Part shown: positions 49,147 through 58,331 of the stretch, one piece after another
Numbering within the stretch: position 1 is the stretch's first letter
How the letters are laid out: each line of letters begins with the position of its first letter
Assembly (NCBI GenBank): GCA_963735805.1
Contig: CAVTMK010000002.1
Coordinates: forward strand, 544,001-608,000
Direction: 5' to 3'
DNA from: an uncultured Verrucomicrobiae bacterium
GTDB taxonomy: Bacteria; Verrucomicrobiota; Verrucomicrobiia; Chthoniobacterales; UBA10450
Length of the DNA: 64,000 nucleotides
Position numbers and translations under genes: made by a program
The notes under the pieces: model-generated
Seen by the model: only the letters and a program-made list of their open reading frames with translations
Databases searched by the model: none
What the model was told of the DNA's origin: nothing

Positions 49147-49354
49147 ATGGTCCTATCTTAAGGTCCTTCCCATAGATGCGTTTGAATAGCAGACGCCGCC
49201 TTTCTGTTTCTGACAAGGTTTTCGGGAGAGATGCCTCCACAATCTCACGCGCGCTATCGAACATTTCCGCTCCCATGATGAAACGTTCCTCGCCCGGGCG
49301 CGCCATGATCTTGTTGCGCATCATTTGTTCGATTTCCGGTCGTGTGTCGGTCAC
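49127..49354 (-). CDS. small hypothetical partner of the nucleotidyltransferase (putative antitoxin-like)
   Basis: (M)TDTRPEIEQ..EERF..GAEMFD; GTG start overlaps the upstream gene's stop region. Confidence 0.6.
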   Translation of the reverse strand: MTDTRPEIEQMMRNKIMARPGEERFIMGAEMFDSAREIVEASLPKTLSETERRRLLFKRIYGKDLKIGPYGCDAG

Positions 49355-49887
49355 TTGAGGCATGCGTCTAACAAATTAACTAATTCCAACTCGCGCGTCC
49401 AGCGCGTCAGGTATTGCGCGTCATAGCCGGTCCCCAGAAGGTTTCGCACATCGCCAAGCTGTATTTCGGAGCGGGAATCTTTCGCCCAGACCAACTTGGA
49501 GATGATGAGATCTTCTTTGCTCACAATGAACGTTGTAAAATCGCGGATTGAAATCTTCCGGCGTCGCTGGAACTCCGTTTTTCGGTATTCGCTGCTTTTG
49601 TGAATGATGCAATCCACTTTGATTACGCTTTCCTCGTGAATCAGGTTAAAGATCGATTCGTGTGCGAGGGATTCGCGAATATTTTCCTCGCTTACGTAAT
49701 AGTCTGGCCGGAATAACGCAACCACGCGGTCAACATCATTCGGTGAAATCGCGACGACCACGTCAATATCACGAGTCATGCGCGGCTGAGCGTAATAATT
49801 CATAGCCATGGATCCAGTAAGCATGTACGGGATGGAGGCTCGCTCGAATCGTCGTGAAATGTCTCTTACGATGTCGATCTCATTCAT
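49351..49887 (-). CDS. nucleotidyltransferase-fold protein
   Basis: YMLTGSMA..PRMTRDID, EDLIISKL. Confidence 0.75.
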   Translation of the reverse strand: MNEIDIVRDISRRFERASIPYMLTGSMAMNYYAQPRMTRDIDVVVAISPNDVDRVVALFRPDYYVSEENIRESLAHESIFNLIHEESVIKVDCIIHKSSEYRKTEFQRRRKISIRDFTTFIVSKEDLIISKLVWAKDSRSEIQLGDVRNLLGTGYDAQYLTRWTRELELVNLLDACLK

Positions 49888-49913
49888 GCAAACCGCCTGA
49901 AACGACCAACGAC

Positions 49914-50801
49914 TTAGAGCTTTTTGGCCGCGCGCTTGCCCAACAGTTTTGCGATATCAAAGTCCACGAAATCGGCGTGATGGAAAATGATCGACTCGAT
50001 GGAGCGCTCTACTTTGTCGCCTTCGTGACTGTGTGTGGCGATGATATGCAGAACTTCTCCGGGGATCCCATGCTTGTGCGCCAGCGCAACGCCGCTGAAT
50101 GGGTGACGTAATTGCTGCCCAAATTTTCCCTGAACGACTTTTCCGGACGCGTCCTTGTCGTACTCGAGCGGTTTGCCCACGTCCGCCAGCAATGAGCCGG
50201 CGATGAGATAATCGCGCTGGATCGGGATCCCGCACCGGAACGATTTCTCCAGCACGTCGGCGATGGCGATGCATTGCCGCGCACAGGAGTTGAGATGCTC
50301 CACAAAGGTCATGTCAATATCGCCGGCCAGCAGCGTGAACTTTACCGCGCGGAGCTCGTCAAAGGTCCATCCTTTCCCTTCGCAGCCTGTGGTAATCGCT
50401 TCGTTCCACACTGACGCGACTTTTTCGCGCAGCGATTTGTCTTTGATCCTCTTCAAGCTGGGAAAGAGCTGCGCAATTTGAGTGACGCCGTACTGGGTTC
50501 CTTCGGTTTTCATGATGATCGCATTTGATTTCACCTGGTATTTTTCAGGTTTTGAAGACGTTCTTTCTATCGTTTTTCTAGCTTCCAGATCGAGTTTAAC
50601 GGTTTCGCCGTACCAACTAATGTTCCCTGAAAACTTGTTCCTTAGGCTTTTATTGAGCTCCCTGAATAACTCTGCGTGAGTGAGCTGCCTTTTTTTCAAA
50701 GCCGATAGGATGGCTTTCTTAAGCGTTTCGTACTTTCGTTTGCTGATATTTTTCCCGCTTTTACCCAGCGGGTGTTTAGTAAGGATTTTTTCGTCTGCCA
50801 T
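49914..50801 (-). CDS. HD-domain-like protein with a basic ~95-aa N-terminal domain
   Basis: VEH..LLADVGK..RHPFSG..HSHEG..HHAD; N-terminal SWYGETVKLDLEAR domain; internal Met before KTEG. Confidence 0.7.
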   Translation of the reverse strand: MADEKILTKHPLGKSGKNISKRKYETLKKAILSALKKRQLTHAELFRELNKSLRNKFSGNISWYGETVKLDLEARKTIERTSSKPEKYQVKSNAIIMKTEGTQYGVTQIAQLFPSLKRIKDKSLREKVASVWNEAITTGCEGKGWTFDELRAVKFTLLAGDIDMTFVEHLNSCARQCIAIADVLEKSFRCGIPIQRDYLIAGSLLADVGKPLEYDKDASGKVVQGKFGQQLRHPFSGVALAHKHGIPGEVLHIIATHSHEGDKVERSIESIIFHHADFVDFDIAKLLGKRAAKKL

Positions 50802-50972
50802 TGCGATCTTCGCTCCAAATACGTGTCTCCAAGCGCGGATTTATTCCGCTGAACTCAAAAGCATGCCTTTGGGAAGGCTGTCGTCAATTCAGATCGGCTC
50901 CGCGGGGTTGAATTGTAGCTTGTTTAATGCAGACTTCTCAGCGTTGCCCGCAAAGCGGAAGCATCGAAACTC

Positions 50973-51323
50973 ATGCCAACCTACGAGTATTCCTGCGAAA
51001 AGTGCGGCCAGAACTTCGACGCATTCCAGTCGATGCGTGACGAACCGTTCCGGGAATGCCCGAAAGACCTTTGCCGCTTGCCAGAGTGGGGCCACGGAAA
51101 AGTGAAACGGTTACTCGGTACCGGCGCGGGTCTGATCTTCAAAGGATCGGGATTTTATACCACGGATTATCGTAGTGATTCCTACAAGGAAGCAGCCAAA
51201 AAGGAATCACCCGCCACCTCATCCGGCGGAGAGAAATCCGCCGCGCCTAAGGAATCCTCGAAAGGTTCGTCGCCTGCTCAAACCAAGGCATCCGAGAAAA
51301 AGCCAACTAAAGAAGCTGGCTGA
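50973..51323 (+). CDS. FmdB family zinc-ribbon protein
   Basis: MPTYEYSCEKCG...FKGSGFYTTDY. Confidence 0.9.
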   Translation: MPTYEYSCEKCGQNFDAFQSMRDEPFRECPKDLCRLPEWGHGKVKRLLGTGAGLIFKGSGFYTTDYRSDSYKEAAKKESPATSSGGEKSAAPKESSKGSSPAQTKASEKKPTKEAG

Positions 51324-51372
51324 TCAGTTGTGCTACCAAAACTCGCTAGCGTTGCTCAGCAATCAAATGATA

Positions 51373-51479
51373 GGTGGATCGCCTTGTCCTCAAGGCGATG
51401 GCACATGATTTGGCGGTGCAAATTTCAGGTGGCTACGCCGCATGTTTTGAGCAACGGGTTGAGAACAACGCGTTCCATC
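51373..51479. repeat. degenerate REP-like palindromic element (GTGG type)
   Basis: GGTGGATCGCCTTGTCCTCAAGGCGAT...GTTGAGAACAACGCGTTCCATC. Confidence 0.45.
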
Positions 51480-51585
51480 GACGCCAAAAGACTACCTGAT
51501 TGTTACGAAATTACGCTTTTGTAATTGCTTGACAGGAATGCAGCGCGCGGTGTTAAAGGGGAAGGCGGCATTCTCGCCGCCATTT

Positions 51586-53313
51586 ATGAAACGTTTGATT
51601 TTTTCTTCATCACTTATCATTGCTCTTTCGTGCACTGCAGTTCTCCCTTCGAGAGCGCAGCAGGTCAACGTCACCCAGGAACACAATAATCCTTCCCGGG
51701 ACGGCCTGTATATCGACTCCGCGTTTACGGCTGCGAACGCAGCAAATCTGACTCGGGATCTGAATTTCGACGGTACGATCTCGGGCCATGTGTACGCACA
51801 GCCGCTCTACATCGACGGCGGCCCGAACGGCCCGATGGTCATTGCGGTGACCGAATCGAACAATGTGTACGCGCTTCATGCCGATACCGGTGTCCCGATT
51901 TGGTCGCGCACCGACATCGGGACACCGGCGTCGACAGGTGCCTGTCCCGGTAACATCAGCCCTGTCGGTATTACAGGTACGCCTGTTGTCGATCTCGGCT
52001 CGCGGTCACTCTTCTTCGATGCCGTGATCAACGGAAATCCTGTTAAGCACTTTATTTTTTCGCTGAACGTCGATACTGGCGCCACGAATGCTGGCTGGCC
52101 GGTGGATGTGGATGCGACCGCCCAGTTTAACGGCGTGAATTTCGATTCCTTTTGGCAGGAAGAACGAGGCGCGCTGGCTCTTGTGAATGGGATTGTGTAC
52201 GTATCGTACTCCGGGTACGTCGGCGACTGCGGCCCTTACCATGGCTGGGTTGTGGGCGTGGATATTAACAATCCTTCCAACGTGATGGCCTGGGCAACGG
52301 ACGCTCAAGGCGGTGGTATTTGGGGACATGGCGGCGTTGCGAGTGACGGCACAACCATGTTTGTGGTCACCGGAAATACGTTCACAAACCAAGGCGATCC
52401 CTGGAGAGGCGGCGAAGCAATTGTTCGTTTCCAAGACGGACCCGTGTTTGACTCCTTTTGGGCGCCGAACAATTGGCAGTCGCTTGATAGCAGTGACACT
52501 GATCTCGGCGGTTGTAGTGCCACGTTAGTCGACGTACCTGGCGCAATGCCTTCGCAACTGGTGCTAGCGTTGGGCAAAGATCGCAATGCGTATTTACTTG
52601 ATCGCAACAATTTGGGTGGCGTCGGCAATGCGGTAGCTCAGATGAATGTTTCCAGTTCAACGCTCAGAGGTACGTCTTCTGCTGCTTACCAGACTGGTGA
52701 AGGAACACATTTCGCCTTTCATAACGAGGGCGGCGAACTTCGCTCTTATATAATTAACGCGAACACTCCGCCGACCATCGCTCTTGCCTGGAACGTCAAT
52801 GACGGCGGCCGAAGCTCGCCTTGGGTCACTACGACCGACGGCACCAACAACGCGATCGTTTGGGTAGCCGGCATAGAAGACGATGGCCGCTTGCACGGTT
52901 ATGATGGCGATAATGGGGCAGTCATTTTCGCAGGCGGCGGGCCTAACGAACAAATGACCGGCCTACGCCAGTGGAACACCGGAATGGTTGCGCGCGGTCG
53001 GATATACGTCGGTGCCGATAACAAAATATATGCTTTCAAGGTACCGACGGGGTCACCTACACCTACTCCAACACCTACTGGGACACCGATAGTTACGCCT
53101 ACGCCAACATCGACACCTAAACCCACACCTACACCGACCCCCAATCCATCAGTCACTCCGACACCAACGGTGCCACCTACACCTACAACCACTCCCACTC
53201 CGATAGGCAGTGTCACACCAAGTCCAACTGCAACTGCTACTCCAAGAGCAACACCCACGCCCAGGTCGCGTCCCTCGCCGCGCGGGCGCCCGACGCCGCG
53301 ACCTCGACCGTAG
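51586..53313 (+). CDS. secreted PQQ-type beta-propeller protein with Pro/Thr stalk, paralogue 1
   Basis: Signal peptide; [33 protein letters not shown] and DLG motifs; PT repeats; RP tail. Confidence 0.82.
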   Translation: MKRLIFSSSLIIALSCTAVLPSRAQQVNVTQEHNNPSRDGLYIDSAFTAANAANLTRDLNFDGTISGHVYAQPLYIDGGPNGPMVIAVTESNNVYALHADTGVPIWSRTDIGTPASTGACPGNISPVGITGTPVVDLGSRSLFFDAVINGNPVKHFIFSLNVDTGATNAGWPVDVDATAQFNGVNFDSFWQEERGALALVNGIVYVSYSGYVGDCGPYHGWVVGVDINNPSNVMAWATDAQGGGIWGHGGVASDGTTMFVVTGNTFTNQGDPWRGGEAIVRFQDGPVFDSFWAPNNWQSLDSSDTDLGGCSATLVDVPGAMPSQLVLALGKDRNAYLLDRNNLGGVGNAVAQMNVSSSTLRGTSSAAYQTGEGTHFAFHNEGGELRSYIINANTPPTIALAWNVNDGGRSSPWVTTTDGTNNAIVWVAGIEDDGRLHGYDGDNGAVIFAGGGPNEQMTGLRQWNTGMVARGRIYVGADNKIYAFKVPTGSPTPTPTPTGTPIVTPTPTSTPKPTPTPTPNPSVTPTPTVPPTPTTTPTPIGSVTPSPTATATPRATPTPRSRPSPRGRPTPRPRP

Positions 53314-53431
53314 ATAGTTAATCCTCCGGTGATGCGTGATTAGGGATCATTTGCGTAGTTACGCAAGTGTAGCCACAACAAACTCCGGCGTTGTCAATCC
53401 ATTGAGGAATCGCCGCGGCGATCGTTCTACC

Positions 53432-53493
53432 TGCAGAGGCAGGCGTGTCGCCTGCGAAGGCGTTCGTATATGCAGCCGGGCAGCTACCACTAC
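53432..53493. repeat. degenerate GTAG-type REP-like element
   Basis: TGCAGAGGCAGGCGTGTCGCCTGC...GCAGCTACCACTAC. Confidence 0.45.
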
Positions 53494-53638
53494 GGTGAAG
53501 GTGGATCTAGTTCTCCCTTGGCTGGCCTTACGCAATTATACGTAGGTACTCGGCCTAGGTGAAGCCGGACGCGAAGTGGCAGCAAGGTCTCTGCACGTAT
53601 ATGCGGTAAAAGTAGTCGTACCCATATCAGACACGCAC

Positions 53639-53760
53639 TGTCGGGAAACTTAACAGCTTAAGGCTTCGTACTTGTTCTAGTGCAAAGTATCTTGGTTTTG
53701 TCGGAATACTTAACACCTTAACATGGTGTTACTTTGTTATAGCACAAATTATCTTGTTTC
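53639..53760. repeat. two imperfect tandem ~60-bp AT-rich units upstream of paralogue 2
   Basis: Units start TGTCGGGAAACTTAACA (53639) and TGTCGGAATACTTAACA (53699); both contain TATCTTG near the end. Confidence 0.7.
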
Positions 53761-53807
53761 AGTGCTTGACAACGTGGTAGTGCGCTGTAAACGACAGCCC
53801 GGGCCTT

Positions 53808-55739
53808 ATGGACTCCGGGTGTTCGAAAGCTTTATTGTCTAATTCTTGGGTTGTTGCTGCAGGTTTGTGGAGCGCGATTCTTTCAGCAAACGCGCAGGTC
53901 AACGTTACTCAGTATCACAACGATAGTAAGCGTAGTGGCCTTTATATCGATTCAGCCTTCACCCACGCGGCTGCGGCGAACCTGACACGCGACTTAAACT
54001 TTAACGGCACGATCGTAGGCAACGTGTACGCGCAGCCGCTTTACATCGAGGGTGGCCCAAGCGGTCCAATGGTCATTGTCACGACCGAATCGAATAATGT
54101 GTATGCGCTGAACGCTACGACTGGCACAGTGATTTGGCAGCGCAATGTGGGCGCTCCGGTGCCGGCTCCGGATCTCCAATGTACCGAGGTTGGTTCCATG
54201 GGGATCATTGGCACACCTGTTGTCGATCTTACTTCGCGGGCCGTGTTTTTGGATGCAATGGTCACGCCCGATGGCGGAACGACCATTAAACATTACATCA
54301 TTTCCCTTAACGTGGACACCGGCGCCATCAATACTGGTTGGCCGGTCGACGTGGAGTTAATGGCTCAATACAACGGCATGCACTTCACTGCAGCGATCCA
54401 ACAGCAACGACCGGCGCTAGCCATCATGGGCAACCCCAAAATTCTTTATGTTGGATATGGGAGCATGGGGGATTGCGCCCTTTATCATGGCTGGCTGGTG
54501 GGAGTGCCGATAAATAATCCAGCCAGCGTTACAGCATGGGCCGCAGCCACGGCTGCCGGCGCCAATGGTGGAGCGATATGGGGTGTTGGTGGCATTGCCA
54601 CCGATGGCAATAATCCGTTCGTTACCACCGGTAACACTATCAACACTGGAGGAACCTGGAGCGGCGGCGAAGCAGTGATACGTTTTCAACCCGGCCCGGT
54701 TTTTAGCGGTAATTCCGGCGATTACTGGGTGCCTACGAATTGGCAGAGTCTCGACGCAAATGACCAAGATTTGGGCAGCTCCGGTCCGTTGCTCGTCGAC
54801 GTGCCAGGTGCAACGCCCTCTCATCTCGTCGTTGCGATGGGCAAGGACCAAAATGCGTATCTACTGAATCGCGATAACCTTGGCGGTCTCGCCGCGCCGC
54901 CGCTAGCATCAGCGCAGGAATCCCTTAGCGTCATCATTCAGGCGGCGGCTGCTTACCGCACCAATCAAAGCACGTATGTTGCTTTGCGCGCCGCCAGCGA
55001 CAAACTCCGGGCTTTCCGCATTACTGCAACCAATCCGCCTGCCATCGCCCTCGGATGGGATGCGGTCCGGAACGGATGTGGGTCACCTTTCGTTACCTCG
55101 ACAGACAGCACTAATAACATGATCGTCTGGGTCGTAGGCGCCAGCGGCGACCAGCGATTACACGGTTACGACGGAGATACCGGCGTTGTTATCTATGGCG
55201 GCGGCGGCACGAACGAATTGATGACGGGGACGCATAAGTGGAGCACAACCGGTATTGTTGCCCGCGGACGCATCTACGTTGCCACTGATAACAAAGTCTA
55301 TGCTTTCAAGCTGCCGGACGGGGGCCCCACACCTACTCCAACGCCAACATCCACTCCGACGTCGACTCCAACATCCACACCTACTCCAACGTCAACGTCT
55401 ACTCCGACGTCGACTCCAACATCTACTCCTAAGCCGACACCGACCCCCACAGCCACCCCGATTGGAACGCCGACTGCGACTCCCATAGTCACTTCTACCC
55501 CCACGGCTACTCCGACTTCGACAGCAACGCCAACTGTTACACCTTCAGTGACGCCACCGCCAACTCCAACACCTGGGGTAACGCCAACCCCGACACCTAA
55601 ACCGTCAGTGACTCCTTCAGTGACACCGACTGCCACAGCTACTCCCACAGGGAGTGTCACACCTAGTGCTACTCCCAGGGCAACACCGCGAACGCGCCCA
55701 TCGCCCCGCGGTCGTCCGACACCGCCCCCGCGGCCGTAA
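53808..55739 (+). CDS. secreted PQQ-type beta-propeller protein with Pro/Thr stalk, paralogue 2
   Basis: Same motifs as paralogue 1. Confidence 0.82.
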   Translation: MDSGCSKALLSNSWVVAAGLWSAILSANAQVNVTQYHNDSKRSGLYIDSAFTHAAAANLTRDLNFNGTIVGNVYAQPLYIEGGPSGPMVIVTTESNNVYALNATTGTVIWQRNVGAPVPAPDLQCTEVGSMGIIGTPVVDLTSRAVFLDAMVTPDGGTTIKHYIISLNVDTGAINTGWPVDVELMAQYNGMHFTAAIQQQRPALAIMGNPKILYVGYGSMGDCALYHGWLVGVPINNPASVTAWAAATAAGANGGAIWGVGGIATDGNNPFVTTGNTINTGGTWSGGEAVIRFQPGPVFSGNSGDYWVPTNWQSLDANDQDLGSSGPLLVDVPGATPSHLVVAMGKDQNAYLLNRDNLGGLAAPPLASAQESLSVIIQAAAAYRTNQSTYVALRAASDKLRAFRITATNPPAIALGWDAVRNGCGSPFVTSTDSTNNMIVWVVGASGDQRLHGYDGDTGVVIYGGGGTNELMTGTHKWSTTGIVARGRIYVATDNKVYAFKLPDGGPTPTPTPTSTPTSTPTSTPTPTSTSTPTSTPTSTPKPTPTPTATPIGTPTATPIVTSTPTATPTSTATPTVTPSVTPPPTPTPGVTPTPTPKPSVTPSVTPTATATPTGSVTPSATPRATPRTRPSPRGRPTPPPRP

Positions 55740-56036
55740 GTGATGCGTAATCCCCCCGTGGACGGGCGGTACGCGGTGAGGAGTCGCAGAGCCGACTCGT
55801 TCCGCCTTGGGTGGTTCGGCTTCCCCCGGTTGGGCGTAGCTTTACGCCACGTTGACTAAAGACGATCGCGCCCGCCGCATGCGGCAAGGCATCAGTAGGT
55901 ACTCGACCTGAGTGATGGCGGTCGCGAAGGCACAGCAAAAGCTGTGCGGGCATACGCTTCAAAGCGAATCATACCATTAAGACAAGAACTGTCGGAAAAC
56001 CTAACACAGTATTAGTTTTTTACCGCCAGACAATGC

Positions 56037-56067
56037 TTGACAAGCAGGCAGCGCATTGTGGTAGAAG
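56037..56067 (+). promoter_or_regulatory. putative sigma-70 promoter conserved before the propeller genes
   Basis: TTGACA at 51529, 53766, 56037 and 58264; TGGTAGAA follows at the last two (19-nt spacer, weak -10). Confidence 0.45.
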
Positions 56068-56103
56068 GGAGCAAGGGAACGCGGAATTACCGACCACTGA
56101 CGT

Positions 56104-57963
56104 TTGAAGGCTTTATTGTCCAATTCATGGGTTGTTGCTGCAGGTTTGTGGAGCGCAATTGTTCCAGCAAACGCGCAGGTCAACGTCGCTCAGTATCACA
56201 ACGATAGTAAGCGCAGTGGCCTTTATATCGATTCGGCCTTCACGCAATCGGCCGCGGCAGATCTGACGCGCGACATGAATTTTGACGGTACAATCGAAGG
56301 CAACGTTTACGCGCAGCCACTTTACATTGAGGGCGGTCCAAACGGCCCAATGATTATTGCGGTGACCGAATCGAACAATGTGTACGCGCTGGACGCTGTC
56401 GATGGCAGCGTTATCTGGCAGCGTAATGTGGGTCCTCCGGTACCCCAGGCTGGCCTTGACTGCCAAGCAAAATTTGATCCCGCGGGCATCACCGGCACAC
56501 CTGTTATCGATCTTGCCTCGCGGGCGCTCTTTTTGGACACAATGACCACGCCCGATGGTGGGCAGACTGTCAAACATTACATCTTATCCCTCGATGTGGA
56601 CACGGGCGCCATCAATGCTGGCTGGCCCGTGGACGTGGGGGAGACAGCTACGTACAACGGTCTAACCTTCACCGCGGAGGTCCAACAGCAACGACCTGCG
56701 CTTAGCATCGTGAACGGCATTCTTTATGTCGGGTATGGAAGCATGCACGATTGCGGCACGTATCATGGCTGGCTGGTGGGGGTACCGATAGATAATCCAG
56801 ATCCATCCAGCGCAGTAACAGCGTGGGCTGCGGCTACCGCTGCCGGCGCCCACGGCGGTGCGATATGGGGAGTTGGCGGCATCGCCAGCGATGGCGCCAA
56901 TCCGTTCGTTACCACCGGCAACACTTGGACAGGTGGCAATTGGGACGGCGGCGAAGCGGTGATTCGTTTTCAGTCCGGTCCAATCTTTAGCGGTAATACC
57001 AGCGATTATTGGGTGCCCACAAATTGGCATGACCTGGACAACGGCGATCAAGATCTGGGTGGCTCCGGTCCATTACTCGTGGATGTGCCGGGGGCAACGC
57101 CATCCCATCTGGTGGTTGCAATGGGCAAAGATGGCAATGCCTATCTACTTGATCGCAGTAACCTCGGCGGCATCCATGCGCCGGTAGGGTCCTCCCATAT
57201 TACCGATCAAGGGTTCACCCAGGCGGGCGCCGCCTACCGAACTAACCAAGGCACGTATGTTGCCTGTCGCGCCAGCAAAATTCAGCTCTCGAGTCTCCGC
57301 ATTACTGCAACGAGTCCGCCAACTATTTCTAGCGGCTGGAGTATGGGGCAGAACGGCTGCGGATCGCCTTTTGTCACGTCGACGGATGGCACCAATAACA
57401 TGATTGTCTGGTCGGTAGGAACGGCGACTAACGGCTTTCCGGGCGACCAGCGATTACACGGTTACAATGGCGATACAGGGGCTGTTGTCTACGCTGGTGG
57501 CGGCGCGAACGAATTGATGGCGGGGACGCATTCCTACAGTACAACCGGCATTGTGGCCCGCGGGCGCATCTACGTTACCGGGGACAACAAGGTATATGCT
57601 TTTACGGTGCCGGGAGGAGCATCTACGCCTACACCTACGCCAACGTCTACTCCTTCGCCGAGTCCAACCTCAACATCTACGCCGACGTCGACACCAACAC
57701 CGATCCCGACACAAACGCCAACTGCGACACCTACGGCCACCTCCACACCAAGGGCTACGCCGACTCCGAGAGGAACCCCGACTGCCACGCCTTCAGCTAC
57801 ACCGCCGCCAACTCCAACACCCGGCGTAACACCCACACCAACAGGAACTCCTTCGGTGACGCCAACGGCCACAGTTAGTCCCACGCCCAGCGCTACTCCC
57901 AGGGGTACACCGCGATCGCGTCCAACGCCGCGGCAGCGTCCGACACCGCCACAGAAGCCCTAA
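56104..57963 (+). CDS. secreted PQQ-type beta-propeller protein with Pro/Thr stalk, paralogue 3
   Basis: Same motifs; TTG start. Confidence 0.82.
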   Translation: MKALLSNSWVVAAGLWSAIVPANAQVNVAQYHNDSKRSGLYIDSAFTQSAAADLTRDMNFDGTIEGNVYAQPLYIEGGPNGPMIIAVTESNNVYALDAVDGSVIWQRNVGPPVPQAGLDCQAKFDPAGITGTPVIDLASRALFLDTMTTPDGGQTVKHYILSLDVDTGAINAGWPVDVGETATYNGLTFTAEVQQQRPALSIVNGILYVGYGSMHDCGTYHGWLVGVPIDNPDPSSAVTAWAAATAAGAHGGAIWGVGGIASDGANPFVTTGNTWTGGNWDGGEAVIRFQSGPIFSGNTSDYWVPTNWHDLDNGDQDLGGSGPLLVDVPGATPSHLVVAMGKDGNAYLLDRSNLGGIHAPVGSSHITDQGFTQAGAAYRTNQGTYVACRASKIQLSSLRITATSPPTISSGWSMGQNGCGSPFVTSTDGTNNMIVWSVGTATNGFPGDQRLHGYNGDTGAVVYAGGGANELMAGTHSYSTTGIVARGRIYVTGDNKVYAFTVPGGASTPTPTPTSTPSPSPTSTSTPTSTPTPIPTQTPTATPTATSTPRATPTPRGTPTATPSATPPPTPTPGVTPTPTGTPSVTPTATVSPTPSATPRGTPRSRPTPRQRPTPPQKP

Positions 57964-58331
57964 AGTGATGGGTGATCCCCCGTGGAAGGGTGTACCGCCG
58001 TGAGGATGACGCGTATATTCGCGAGGAGGCGTGGGTTCGGATCTGCCGTTGAGAGTGCAACCTCTGCAGCAATCGGGCGGTAAGTACCGACAAATTCAAT
58101 TACATTCTCGCGATGTGGAGGCGCGGGTCTTCACGCGCATGGGTGGATGTTTAGATCTGCGACAACAGCCGGCTGTGTGCACCCATGCGGCCGAATAAAG
58201 GGCACTAATGCGAAATGCGTTCACCGCAGAATAGCCCCGTTACTAGTTCTTTTGTCGGAACACTTGACAAGCAAACCGCGCATTGTGGTAGAAAGGGAGC
58301 AAGGGAGCGCGGAATTATCGATCACAGGCTT

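Noticed and set aside
53639..53760. Possible CRISPR array
   Set aside because: Only two degenerate adjacent units with no unique spacers and no cas genes
18415..58331. Long N-terminal extensions in the ORF track (starts 18415, 21917, 25811, 40873, 51529, 58215)
   Set aside because: Paralogue alignment, start/stop overlaps and signal peptides point to downstream starts
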